Part shown: one piece after another, positions 10,603 to 19,568 of the stretch
Numbering within the stretch: position 1 is the first letter of the stretch
How the letters are laid out: every line of letters starts with the position of its first letter
Origin: Gemmatimonadota bacterium
Lineage (GTDB): Bacteria; Gemmatimonadota; Gemmatimonadetes; Palauibacterales; KS3-K002
DNA length: 64,000 nucleotides
Assembly: GCA_039586795.1 (NCBI GenBank)
Contig: JBDHJS010000025.1
Span: forward strand, 1 to 64,000
Reading direction: 5' to 3'
Position numbers and translations under genes: made by a program
The notes under the pieces: model-generated
Database searches by the model: none
Seen by the model: only the letters and a program-made list of their open reading frames with translations
What the model was told of the DNA's origin: nothing

Positions 10603-12204
10603 TTGAACGAGGACATCCACCGCGTTCGAAAAGCACTCTCGAGTCGTTACGCGATCGAGCGCGAGCTCGGTGCGGGCGGCATGGCCACCGTATTTCTGGC
10701 GCGCGACCTGAAGCACGTGCGCGAGGTGGCGGTCAAGGTCATGCGACCCGAGCTCACCGCGGCGGTGGGACCCGATCGGTTCCTGCGCGAAATACGAATC
10801 ACGGCCAAGCTCAACCACCCGCACATTCTCCCGTTGCACGATTCCGGCGAAGCCGACGACGTGCTGTACTACGTGATGCCGTATGCGGCGGCGGGATCGC
10901 TCCGCAAGCGACTCAGAAAGGAGACCCATCTCCGCGTTGACGAAACTGTGCGCATGACCGAGCAAGTCGCGTCGGCCCTGGATCACGCGCACCGTCACGG
11001 CGTCATCCATCGGGATGTGAAGCCGGAGAACATTCTGTTCTCCGAACGGCTACCCGTTGTCGCCGATTTCGGTATCGCCAAAGCCGTTAGCGATGCCGAC
11101 CAGGAGCATCTCACACGGACGGGCGTGCCTGTGGGAACGCCCGGCTACATGAGCCCGGAGCAGGCGATGGGCCAGGTCGACCTGGACGAGCGCACCGACG
11201 TGTATAGCCTGGCCTGCGTCGTCTACGAGATGCTGATCGGCGCCACACCTGCCGTATGGTCGGCGCACGATGCTCAGCGACTGGGAAGATTCATCGACGC
11301 GCCTCCCGAACACCGGGAGCGCCTCGATCTAATTCCGGGCCGGATCGAGCAGGCTCTGGTGAGGGCGCTGGCGGTGAACCCCAACGATCGCTTCCAGACG
11401 CCAGGCGAATTTGCCCATGCCCTGGAGGTAGCCGCCGACACCCGCGGCACGTACAGCGATGAGCAGGTGCGAGAGATCCTGGGACGCGCCGCCGAGCTGC
11501 AAGCCGAGCAGCCGACCGGCGGACTGACGATCGGCGCCGTCGAGCAGGTCGCCGCAGACGTGGGCATCCCGCCCGAGCATGTCCGGGAAGCTCTGCGTCA
11601 ACTGGAAGGTCCGGCGACTGGATCCGCGGGGCCGCTTGCTCTACGGGAACCGTCCGCATTTCCCAAGCTCAAGGAGAGGCCGAAGTTCTTCGATAGCCCG
11701 CCACCGCTGTCGAAGATGGACACAGTCAGCTTCGAGCGAACGGTCGACACGGAAGTTTCACCGACTCGGTTCGAGGCGATCGTACAGGAGATCGAGAGAA
11801 GGCTAGAGATCGTTGGTCACGTCTCGATCCTCGGCCGATCTCTCACCTGGAGCCCGGCGGCGCCTGCTACCGACGAGCGACGTATCGTGATCACGATGAC
11901 ACCCAGCGGTCACCTGGGCCATCAGACTCGAATCAAGGTCGAAGAGAAGATAGAGCTGGCCGGCTGGAGGCAGGGGGTTCCCGCCTGGGCGGGGATCGTC
12001 GGCGGGTTCATCGGCGTGATGATGGGAACGACAACCGGTGAGCCGGCTGCCGTAATTCTCAGCGGCGCCATGTTCGGCGCGCTGGGAGTGTTCGTCGGCA
12101 GGAATGGCACGATCGCGGCATTGGCCGATGCCCGTCGACCCGAGCTCAGGAAGCTGGCGAACACCTTGGAGGCGCTGGCCAGCGCGCCGGAGAGCGACGG
12201 CTAG
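10603..12204 (+). CDS. Ser/Thr protein kinase with C-terminal membrane-anchored domain of unknown function
   Basis: LGAGGMATV, VAVKV, HRDVKPEN, DFG, GTPGYMSPE, DVYSL; start uncertain (ORF open from 10534). Confidence 0.92.
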   Translation: MNEDIHRVRKALSSRYAIERELGAGGMATVFLARDLKHVREVAVKVMRPELTAAVGPDRFLREIRITAKLNHPHILPLHDSGEADDVLYYVMPYAAAGSLRKRLRKETHLRVDETVRMTEQVASALDHAHRHGVIHRDVKPENILFSERLPVVADFGIAKAVSDADQEHLTRTGVPVGTPGYMSPEQAMGQVDLDERTDVYSLACVVYEMLIGATPAVWSAHDAQRLGRFIDAPPEHRERLDLIPGRIEQALVRALAVNPNDRFQTPGEFAHALEVAADTRGTYSDEQVREILGRAAELQAEQPTGGLTIGAVEQVAADVGIPPEHVREALRQLEGPATGSAGPLALREPSAFPKLKERPKFFDSPPPLSKMDTVSFERTVDTEVSPTRFEAIVQEIERRLEIVGHVSILGRSLTWSPAAPATDERRIVITMTPSGHLGHQTRIKVEEKIELAGWRQGVPAWAGIVGGFIGVMMGTTTGEPAAVILSGAMFGALGVFVGRNGTIAALADARRPELRKLANTLEALASAPESDG

Positions 12205-12243
12205 GCGCGCTTTCTGACAAGTCGAAGGTCTCCGAAGTGTTAC

Positions 12244-13065
12244 TCAGGCCTGGCATCCAGGGCAGTAGTACGCCGAGCGTCCGGCGAGTACAACGCGAAC
12301 GATCTCTCCGCGACAGCGTCCGCAACGCTCGCCTTCGCGGTCGTAGACTTTGAGTTCGTTCTGAAACGCGCCACCCTCGCCGAGCACGTCTCGGTAGTCG
12401 CTGAAGGTCGTGCCCCGCCGCTCCACAGCCGCGGCCAGCACCTTCCTGATCGCCCGATGCAGCCGTCGGGCATCGTTGCGGTCCAGGCTGCGCGCCGGTC
12501 GTCGCGGGTCGATGCGCGCTATGTAGCAGGCCTCCACCGCGTAGATGTTTCCGACGCCGGCGACGCGGCTCTGGTCGAGGAGCCAATTGCGAATCGGTGC
12601 TCGCGAGCGGCTCAGCAAATCGCCGAAGACCCTGGGTGTGAAATCGTCCGAGAGTGGCTCGATTCCGAGGCGTCCGTCGAGCTCGGCATATTCATCCGGC
12701 GTCAGCACCCACATGCGGCCGAAGCGGCGCGTATCGTAGAAGCGGAGCACGCCGGCGTCCTCGATCAACAGGCTGATCGACAGGTGAGGCTCCGCTCTGA
12801 GGGGTGAAGGATCGCTCCAGGTGAAGGTGCCGGTCATGCGCAGCTGGGTGACCCAGTGCCGGCCATCGTCGAGTACAGCGTCGATCCACTTGGCCCGGCG
12901 CCCGACGATGTCGACGCGATGACCGGTCATCTGGCGACGAAACGCCGCCGGCCGCATCGGCGCGACCACCTCGTCGCGATGGATGCGGATGCGCTCGATT
13001 CGGCGACCTGCGATGGCGGCGTGGAGGCCGCGGGCGATGGTCTCCGCCTCGGGAAGCTCCGGCAT
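12244..13065 (-). CDS. mutM: Formamidopyrimidine-DNA glycosylase
   Basis: MPELPEAE N-terminus, GVGNIYA, C-terminal zinc finger CGRC...CPGCQ. Confidence 0.96.
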   Translation of the reverse strand: MPELPEAETIARGLHAAIAGRRIERIRIHRDEVVAPMRPAAFRRQMTGHRVDIVGRRAKWIDAVLDDGRHWVTQLRMTGTFTWSDPSPLRAEPHLSISLLIEDAGVLRFYDTRRFGRMWVLTPDEYAELDGRLGIEPLSDDFTPRVFGDLLSRSRAPIRNWLLDQSRVAGVGNIYAVEACYIARIDPRRPARSLDRNDARRLHRAIRKVLAAAVERRGTTFSDYRDVLGEGGAFQNELKVYDREGERCGRCRGEIVRVVLAGRSAYYCPGCQA

Positions 13066-13071
13066 GTTCGG

Positions 13072-14355
13072 CTACTTCCCTCTACCGATCTCCCGGTGCG
13101 CGATATCGCGACGGAAGTACTTCCCGTCGAAGTCGATGTCTTCGCACGCCTGGCGCGATTTCTTCGCCGCCGTCTTCACGTCGGAGCCCAGGCCGACAAC
13201 GCCCAGGATCCGGCCGCCACTACTGACGAGTTGGCCTTCCGGATCGCGCCGTGTGCCGGCGTGAAGTACGATCAGGTCCGGATCATCTTGCAGCGACGGT
13301 GGAATCGAGATGACCTTCCCCTTCTCGTACGAACCGGGATATCCCTCCGCCGCGAGGACGGTACAGACAGCGGCTCCCGAGCTGAAACGGAAGTCAGTGC
13401 TGCCCAGCGTGCCGCCTCGGGCGATGGTCAGGCATGCTTCGGTGAGCGAATCTTCCATCAGCGGCAAGACCGCCTGCGTCTCGGGATCGCCGAACCGAAC
13501 GTTGAACTCGATGACGTACGGATCGCCGTCCATGATCATCAGGCCGGCGTACAACACGCCCTTGAAGGTTCGTCCCTCATCGCGCATGGCGGCGAGAGTC
13601 GGCATAACAACGCGATCGCTCACCTTGTCGATCAGCGCGTCGTCAGCGATCGAGACCGGCGCGTACGCACCCATGCCTCCGGTGTTGAGCCCCGTGTCGC
13701 CCTCGCCGATCGCCTTGTGGTCTTGCGACGGAATGAGCGGTAGGGCATTCACTCCGTCCGTCAGATAGAGGAGCGACAACTCTTCGCCGTGAAGGAAGTT
13801 CTCCACGACGACGATGTTGCCGGCCGAGCCGAACTGCCGATCCACCATCATCGCCCGTGCGGCTTCCACCGCCTCGTCAACGGTCCGACAGACGACGGAG
13901 CCCTTGCCCGCGGCGAGGCCCGAGGCTTTGATGACGATCGGCGCGCCACGCTCGCGGATATCGGCCTCGGCCGCCTCGAACGAGTCGAACGTGTGGTGAC
14001 TGGCGGTCGGCACTCCAGCCTTTTCCATCAGATCCTTTGCGTATGCCTTCGATCCCTCGAGCTCCGCGGCGGCGGCCGACGGGCCAAACGTCGTCAGTCC
14101 GCGTTCCTGGAACGCATCCACGATTCCGTCGACGAGCGGCGCCTCGGGTCCAACGATGGTGAGATCGACCTCGCGCGAACTGGCGAAGTCGGCCAGTTTA
14201 TCGATCTCCTCTGGTTTCAACGTGACCGACTCGGCGAGCGCTTTCGTACCGCCGTTTCCCGGCGCCGCGTAGATCTGAGCGTCGGGGTCCTCTTGCTTGA
14301 GCTTCCAGATCAGAGCGTGCTCTCTGCCGCCCGATCCTACCACCAGGATTCTCAT
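13072..14355 (-). CDS. purD: Phosphoribosylamine-glycine ligase
   Basis: GSGGREHAL, LEGSKAYAK, GLAAGKG, QDHK, NTGGMGAY, EFNVRFGDPE. Confidence 0.97.
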   Translation of the reverse strand: MRILVVGSGGREHALIWKLKQEDPDAQIYAAPGNGGTKALAESVTLKPEEIDKLADFASSREVDLTIVGPEAPLVDGIVDAFQERGLTTFGPSAAAAELEGSKAYAKDLMEKAGVPTASHHTFDSFEAAEADIRERGAPIVIKASGLAAGKGSVVCRTVDEAVEAARAMMVDRQFGSAGNIVVVENFLHGEELSLLYLTDGVNALPLIPSQDHKAIGEGDTGLNTGGMGAYAPVSIADDALIDKVSDRVVMPTLAAMRDEGRTFKGVLYAGLMIMDGDPYVIEFNVRFGDPETQAVLPLMEDSLTEACLTIARGGTLGSTDFRFSSGAAVCTVLAAEGYPGSYEKGKVISIPPSLQDDPDLIVLHAGTRRDPEGQLVSSGGRILGVVGLGSDVKTAAKKSRQACEDIDFDGKYFRRDIAHREIGRGK

Positions 14356-14392
14356 TGTTGATCTCTCGGCTGTGTCGACTCGGAGCCAGGTC

Positions 14393-15535
14393 TCATCGAT
14401 CGGGTAGGGCTTTATCGAGATCTTCGATCAAGTCCTCGACATCCTCGATGCCCACCGACAGACGCACCAGCCCGCCCGTTATCCCCATCTTGTTTCGCTC
14501 CGCCTCCGGTACCGCGGCGTGAGTCATCGCGGCCGGATGGCTGATCAAACTCTCGACTCCGCCCAAGAAGATGCGTGTCGCACGGACGAACGATTCGGCG
14601 CGCTCGCGTGAGCCGAGCTCCAGCGAGACCATGCCGCCGAAGCCGCTCATCTGTTTCTTTGCCACCTCGTGTTGCGGGTGGGTGGGGAGTCCCGCGTAAA
14701 AGACCTGTTGTACACGAGGCTCATCCTGTAGCCATTCAGCGATTCGGCGGCCGTTCGCGTCGTGCGCCTGCATCCGCACGTGCAGTGTCTTCGTACCGCG
14801 GAGCACGAGCCAGCTGTCCATCGGTCCGGGAATGGCGCCGGCCGACTTCTGCAGGAATCGAAGCCCCTCGATGATCTCGTCGTCCGAGGTAAGGACGATT
14901 CCGCCGACCACATCACTGTGACCGTTCAGGTACTTGGTGCTGGAGTGGAGCGCAGCGTCCGCCCCAAGTTCGAGCGGCCGCTGGAAGTAGGGCGTGGCGA
15001 AGGTGTTGTCGACGACAAGCTTCGCGTTGGCATCATGCGCGATCTTCGCCGCCGCGGCGATATCCGTGATGTGCATCATCGGGTTGGTGGGCGTCTCGAC
15101 CAGAATCAACCGTGTCCGATCGCGGACCGCTGCCCGAATAAGCTCCAGGTCCCGTGTATCTACAAACGAGAACTCCAGGCCCAGCCGCGAAAGCACCTGT
15201 CGGAACAATCGGTCGGTGCCGCCGTAAACGTTGGAGCCGCAGATGACATGGTCGCCGGCGGACAGCAATTTGGCGACCGCTTCGATCGAGGCGACGCCGG
15301 AGGCGAAAGCGGCACCGTGCTCCGCGCCTTCCAGGGCGGCGACGTTCGCCTCCAGTGCGGTCCGCGTCGGGTTCGAGACCCGGGCGTACTCGTAGCCCTT
15401 GTGGACGCCGATCCCTTCCTGCGCGTAGGTCGAAGTCTGGTAGATCGGCGTCATGATGGCGCCGGTCGTCGGGTCGGGCTGTTGTCCCGCGTGAACGGCG
15501 CGGGTGCCAAAGCGTTGGTTTTTTGTCGGGTTCAT
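14393..15535 (-). CDS. metB: Cystathionine gamma-synthase/lyase (PLP), with an apparent ~5-codon in-frame deletion
   Basis: YEYARVSNPTR, ETPTNP, DNTFATP, HSSTKYLNGHSD; the expected F-x-LAESLGGVESL reads IFLGGVESL. Confidence 0.88.
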   Translation of the reverse strand: MNPTKNQRFGTRAVHAGQQPDPTTGAIMTPIYQTSTYAQEGIGVHKGYEYARVSNPTRTALEANVAALEGAEHGAAFASGVASIEAVAKLLSAGDHVICGSNVYGGTDRLFRQVLSRLGLEFSFVDTRDLELIRAAVRDRTRLILVETPTNPMMHITDIAAAAKIAHDANAKLVVDNTFATPYFQRPLELGADAALHSSTKYLNGHSDVVGGIVLTSDDEIIEGLRFLQKSAGAIPGPMDSWLVLRGTKTLHVRMQAHDANGRRIAEWLQDEPRVQQVFYAGLPTHPQHEVAKKQMSGFGGMVSLELGSRERAESFVRATRIFLGGVESLISHPAAMTHAAVPEAERNKMGITGGLVRLSVGIEDVEDLIEDLDKALPDR

Positions 15536-15717
15536 GAGCGCCTTCAACAGCTCTTCGCTGATTTCTTGCCTGTGGTGCTCGGGCTTGCTCTCGGAGTAAG
15601 ACAGTCTAGTCCCCCGTACCGTCGCCGTCCAGCGAGCCCGCACGGTTGAGTCGCGGGGGTGAGTCGGGTTAATTAGGGCGGTTCTTGTCGCCCGTTCAGA
15701 GGAGATCGAACAGCTCG

Positions 15718-17109
15718 ATGGCCATTCCGGACACACTCATCGTCGGCGTTTCAGGGATCAGAGGACGCGTCGGTATCGACCTGGATCCCCAGCTCGTGGC
15801 GAGTTTCGCGGCCGCCTTCGGGACCTATGCCCGCCAGCAAGGTTGGGGCAGCCACCTGGGGCTCGCCCGGGATTCGCGGCCCAGCGGACCGGCCTTCGCC
15901 CTCGCGGCGGCGGCGGGTCTCAACTCGGTAGGCTGCCGGGTAAGCGACTTCGGCCTGGTTCCTACGCCGACCGCGCTTCTGGCCTTCGAAGAGAACAGGC
16001 TGGCCGGCGGGATCGTGGTCACCGCGAGCCACAACCCACAGGAATGGAACGCCCTCAAGCTGGCCAGCCCCGACGGCGTCTTCCTGACGCCGGCGCAGGG
16101 GGCTGAGTTCTTACCGGCCATCAAGGAAGGGCGGCGACCGGAGTATCTGGCGGGCGACGGTGAGTTCGGTGCCGTGCAGGAGGTGCCCGGCGCTGTCGAT
16201 CGCCACCTCGAGCGGATCCTTGAGATCGATCTCATCGACCCCGCGGCCATCGCCGCCCGGGGCCTGAAGGTGGTTGTCGATTGCACACGGGGCGCCGGCG
16301 GTGTGATCCTCCCTCAACTGCTGGAGCGGCTGGGGTGCCAGGTGGAGTGGATCGATCGGGAGCCCGATGGCCGCTTCACCCACGAGCCGGAACCCATCCC
16401 CAAGAACCTGACCGCTCTATGTGAGAGAGTCCCGGCCGTCGGCGCCGATGTGGGAATGGCCGTCGACCCGGATGCCGACCGGCTCGCGCTGGTGGATGAG
16501 ACGGGGCGCTGCATCGGTGAAGACTACACTCTCGCTCTGGTGGCCAGGCACGTGCTGGCTCACCGGCCGGGAACCGTCGTCGCCAATCTGTCGACAAGCC
16601 AGATCGTTGAGGTGGTCGTGGAGAAGGCCGGCGCCGACTATCAGCAGACGCCGGTGGGCGAGGCGAACGTCGCGGCCGGTATGCGGGAAGCCACGGCCAT
16701 GGTTGGCGGGGAAGGCAACGGAGGCGTCATTCTGCCCGAACTTCACCTGACTCGGGACGCGCCGCTGGCAGTCGCGCTGATCCTACAGCTGCTGGCGTCC
16801 GCGGAGGGTCGAGTCAGCCAGATTGTGGCGGAATATCCACAGTTTCAGATCGTGAAGGACCGATTTCCGCTGCCAGAGGTAGAAACGAGGGAGATCCTGG
16901 CCCGTGTGGAACAGGCCTTTTCCGGGGCCGAGATCGACCGCCGCGACGGGGTGCACCTACGGTGGCGGGACCAGCGAAAATGGCTACACTGCCGGCCTTC
17001 CGGTACGGAACCGATCTTGCGGGTGATAGCCGAGGGGCCGGCCGAGGAGGAGGCCGAAATCAGACAACTGGTGGACGCTGCCGGCGCGATCGTGACCGGC
17101 GGCAGGTGA
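15718..17109 (+). CDS. glmM: Phosphoglucosamine mutase (phosphohexomutase family)
   Basis: TASHNP, DPDADR, GGEGNGG, RPSGTEP; directly upstream of glmS. Confidence 0.85.
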   Translation: MAIPDTLIVGVSGIRGRVGIDLDPQLVASFAAAFGTYARQQGWGSHLGLARDSRPSGPAFALAAAAGLNSVGCRVSDFGLVPTPTALLAFEENRLAGGIVVTASHNPQEWNALKLASPDGVFLTPAQGAEFLPAIKEGRRPEYLAGDGEFGAVQEVPGAVDRHLERILEIDLIDPAAIAARGLKVVVDCTRGAGGVILPQLLERLGCQVEWIDREPDGRFTHEPEPIPKNLTALCERVPAVGADVGMAVDPDADRLALVDETGRCIGEDYTLALVARHVLAHRPGTVVANLSTSQIVEVVVEKAGADYQQTPVGEANVAAGMREATAMVGGEGNGGVILPELHLTRDAPLAVALILQLLASAEGRVSQIVAEYPQFQIVKDRFPLPEVETREILARVEQAFSGAEIDRRDGVHLRWRDQRKWLHCRPSGTEPILRVIAEGPAEEEAEIRQLVDAAGAIVTGGR

Positions 17110-17133
17110 CAGGCGGGAGAGACCACACCTAAC

Positions 17134-18969
17134 ATGTGCGGGATTGTCGGATACACAGGGTCTGCTGAGGCAGCGCCGCTGCTGCTGGACGGATTGCGTC
17201 GTCTGGAGTATCGGGGCTACGACTCGGCGGGCATCAGCGTATGTTCGAACGGGTCGATCGACACGCGAAAGATGCCGGGCAAGATATCGAACCTGGCGCA
17301 GTCGATCGGCGGTGACCTTCCCAAGGGGACGACCGGGATCGCTCACACGCGCTGGGCGACGCATGGTGCGCCTAACCAGATCAACGCCCATCCCCACCAC
17401 GACTGCAGCGGTGAGATATCCGTCGTGCACAACGGCATCATCGAGAACGCCGTCGTGCTCAGGCAAAAGCTGGAGGAGTTGGGTCACACACTGCAGAGCG
17501 AGACCGATACGGAGGTCCTCGCCCACCTGATCGAAGAGGCCTACGAGGACAATCTCGAGGACGCGGTGGCGGCAGCGCTGCAGCAGGTCGATGGGACGTA
17601 CGGCATCGCGGTCGTATCGAGCCGCGATCCCGAGAAGTTAGTCGCGGCCCGCAATGGCTCGCCGCTGTTGCTGGGGATCGGCGAAGAGAACACATACTTC
17701 GTCGCTTCTGATGCGGCCGCCATCGTCGAGCACACGCGCGATGTCATCTACCTGGATGATGGCGAGCTGGCCGTCGTCAATCGTGATGGGCACCGGACGT
17801 TCGACCTCAAAGGCGAGACGCTGACGAAAGAGGTCAGTCGCGTCTCCTGGGACCTGGGTACGATCGAGCGCGGCGGATTCCCGCACTACATGTTGAAGGA
17901 GATCTTCGAGCAGCCCAACTCGGTACGCGACACGATGCGCGGCCGGTTGCTGGTGGAAGAAGGCCTCTCACGCCTGGGCGGTCTGTCCAGCTGTCTGCCG
18001 TGGAAAGAGATCGGTAACTACAACCGTATCGTGTTGACCGCGTGCGGAACGTCATGGCATGCGGCGCTGATCGGCGAGTACATGCTCGAGGAGTTCGCGC
18101 GGATCCCGGTCGAGACCGAGTACGCATCGGAGTTCCGCTATAGGGATCCGGTGCTCGACGAAAAGTCGCTGGTCATCGCCATCTCCCAGTCGGGGGAAAC
18201 AGCGGACACGCTGGCGGCGATTCGCGAGGCGAAAGCCAAGGGCGCTCGGGTGGCGACCATCGTCAACGTCGTCGGCTCGACCATCGCCCGCGAGTCCGAC
18301 TGCGGCGTCTACATCCACGCCGGCCCAGAGATCGGTGTCGCCTCCACGAAAGCGTTCACCTCGCAGGTCGTCGCCCTGGCTCTCATCACGCTCTACCTGA
18401 CCACGGGCAGCGAAGAGATGCGGGAACGCGCCGGCGAAGTGGTCGCGGCGCTGGAGAAGCTGCCGGACCAGATCGCTGAGATCCTGGAGCGGAATGACGA
18501 GATCCGCGCGATGGCCGAGCTCTACCACCTGAACCAGAACTTCCTCTACCTCGGCCGCGGCTACGACTTCCCGGTCGCGCTGGAGGGTGCGCTCAAGCTG
18601 AAAGAGATCAGCTACATCCACGCCGAGGGCTATCCGGCGGCGGAGATGAAGCACGGCCCCATCGCTCTGATCGACGAGAACATGCCGGTCGTCTTCATCG
18701 CGCCCAAGGGCCGCGTCTACAAGAAGATCCTCTCCAACATCGAAGAGGTCAAAGCCCGGGGCGGCCGGGTGATCGCGATCACAACCGACGGCAACGGCGA
18801 ACTGGACCGCCTTGCCGACCACAGAATCTCGGTGCCCACGACGCACGAGATGCTGCAGCCGGTGCTCACGGTCATTCCATTGCAGCTCCTGGCCTATCAC
18901 ATTGCTGTGCTACGCGGCTGCAACGTGGACCAGCCGAGGAATCTGGCGAAGAGCGTTACGGTGGAGTAG
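17134..18969 (+). CDS. glmS: Glutamine-fructose-6-phosphate aminotransferase
   Basis: MCGIVG, LEYRGYDSAG, HTRWATHG, SQSGETADT, PRNLAKSVTVE. Confidence 0.98.
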   Translation: MCGIVGYTGSAEAAPLLLDGLRRLEYRGYDSAGISVCSNGSIDTRKMPGKISNLAQSIGGDLPKGTTGIAHTRWATHGAPNQINAHPHHDCSGEISVVHNGIIENAVVLRQKLEELGHTLQSETDTEVLAHLIEEAYEDNLEDAVAAALQQVDGTYGIAVVSSRDPEKLVAARNGSPLLLGIGEENTYFVASDAAAIVEHTRDVIYLDDGELAVVNRDGHRTFDLKGETLTKEVSRVSWDLGTIERGGFPHYMLKEIFEQPNSVRDTMRGRLLVEEGLSRLGGLSSCLPWKEIGNYNRIVLTACGTSWHAALIGEYMLEEFARIPVETEYASEFRYRDPVLDEKSLVIAISQSGETADTLAAIREAKAKGARVATIVNVVGSTIARESDCGVYIHAGPEIGVASTKAFTSQVVALALITLYLTTGSEEMRERAGEVVAALEKLPDQIAEILERNDEIRAMAELYHLNQNFLYLGRGYDFPVALEGALKLKEISYIHAEGYPAAEMKHGPIALIDENMPVVFIAPKGRVYKKILSNIEEVKARGGRVIAITTDGNGELDRLADHRISVPTTHEMLQPVLTVIPLQLLAYHIAVLRGCNVDQPRNLAKSVTVE

Positions 18970-18970
18970 G

Positions 18971-19068
18971 CGGTAGACGGTAGACAGTAGACGGTGGGGT
19001 GCAGACAATCTGTATCCCACCGTTCGTTTTACTCCGTCCACCGTCCACCGTCTACCGTCTACCGTCCA
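18971..19068. repeat. Heptamer inverted-repeat hairpin element, copy A
   Basis: GGTAGAC-type x3-4, inner 15 bp stem (18991-19005/19009-19023), then CCGTCYA x5 (19034-19068). Confidence 0.85.
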
Positions 19069-19119
19069 CTCAACTGCCGAACTTGCTTCCCGTAAGACCC
19101 CTTCCCAACTTCAACCCCC

Positions 19120-19560
19120 ATGCGAGTCGTTCTCCAGAGAGTATCCCGCGGCGAAGTCCGCATAGACGGAGCGGTCGCCGGGTCGATCGGGCGCGGCTTT
19201 CTGCTGCTCGTCGGCTTCACGGAGGGAGATGGCGAAGAGCAGATCGCCTGGATGGTCGACAAGGTACGCGGCCTGAGGCTGTTCGCCGATGCGGAGGAAA
19301 AGATGAACCTCGGGCTGGACGACGTGGGCGGCGAATTGCTGGTCGTCTCGCAGTTCACGCTGTACGGCGACGTGCGGAAGGGTCGTCGGCCCTCGTTCAT
19401 CCACGCGGCGGAGCCCGCCGAGGCTGAGCGGCTCTACAACCGGTTCGTCGAGTTGTTGCGGCAGGGAACGATCCCCGTGGCAACCGGTTCGTTCGGCGCC
19501 ATGATGGAGGTTGATTTCGTCAACGATGGGCCCGTGACGCTCATCATCGATAGGGAGTAG
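19120..19560 (+). CDS. dtd: D-aminoacyl-tRNA deacylase
   Basis: [26 protein letters not shown]. Confidence 0.97.
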   Translation: MRVVLQRVSRGEVRIDGAVAGSIGRGFLLLVGFTEGDGEEQIAWMVDKVRGLRLFADAEEKMNLGLDDVGGELLVVSQFTLYGDVRKGRRPSFIHAAEPAEAERLYNRFVELLRQGTIPVATGSFGAMMEVDFVNDGPVTLIIDRE

Positions 19561-19568
19561 TCGTACTA

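Noticed and set aside
15536..15717. SAM riboswitch upstream of the metB-like gene, or glmS ribozyme upstream of glmS
   Set aside because: No SAM-I consensus visible; the glmM-glmS gap is only 24 nt
18971..19068. CRISPR array interpretation of the repeats (also 45622-45726)
   Set aside because: Units are 7 bp, contiguous, without unique spacers; no cas genes in the window
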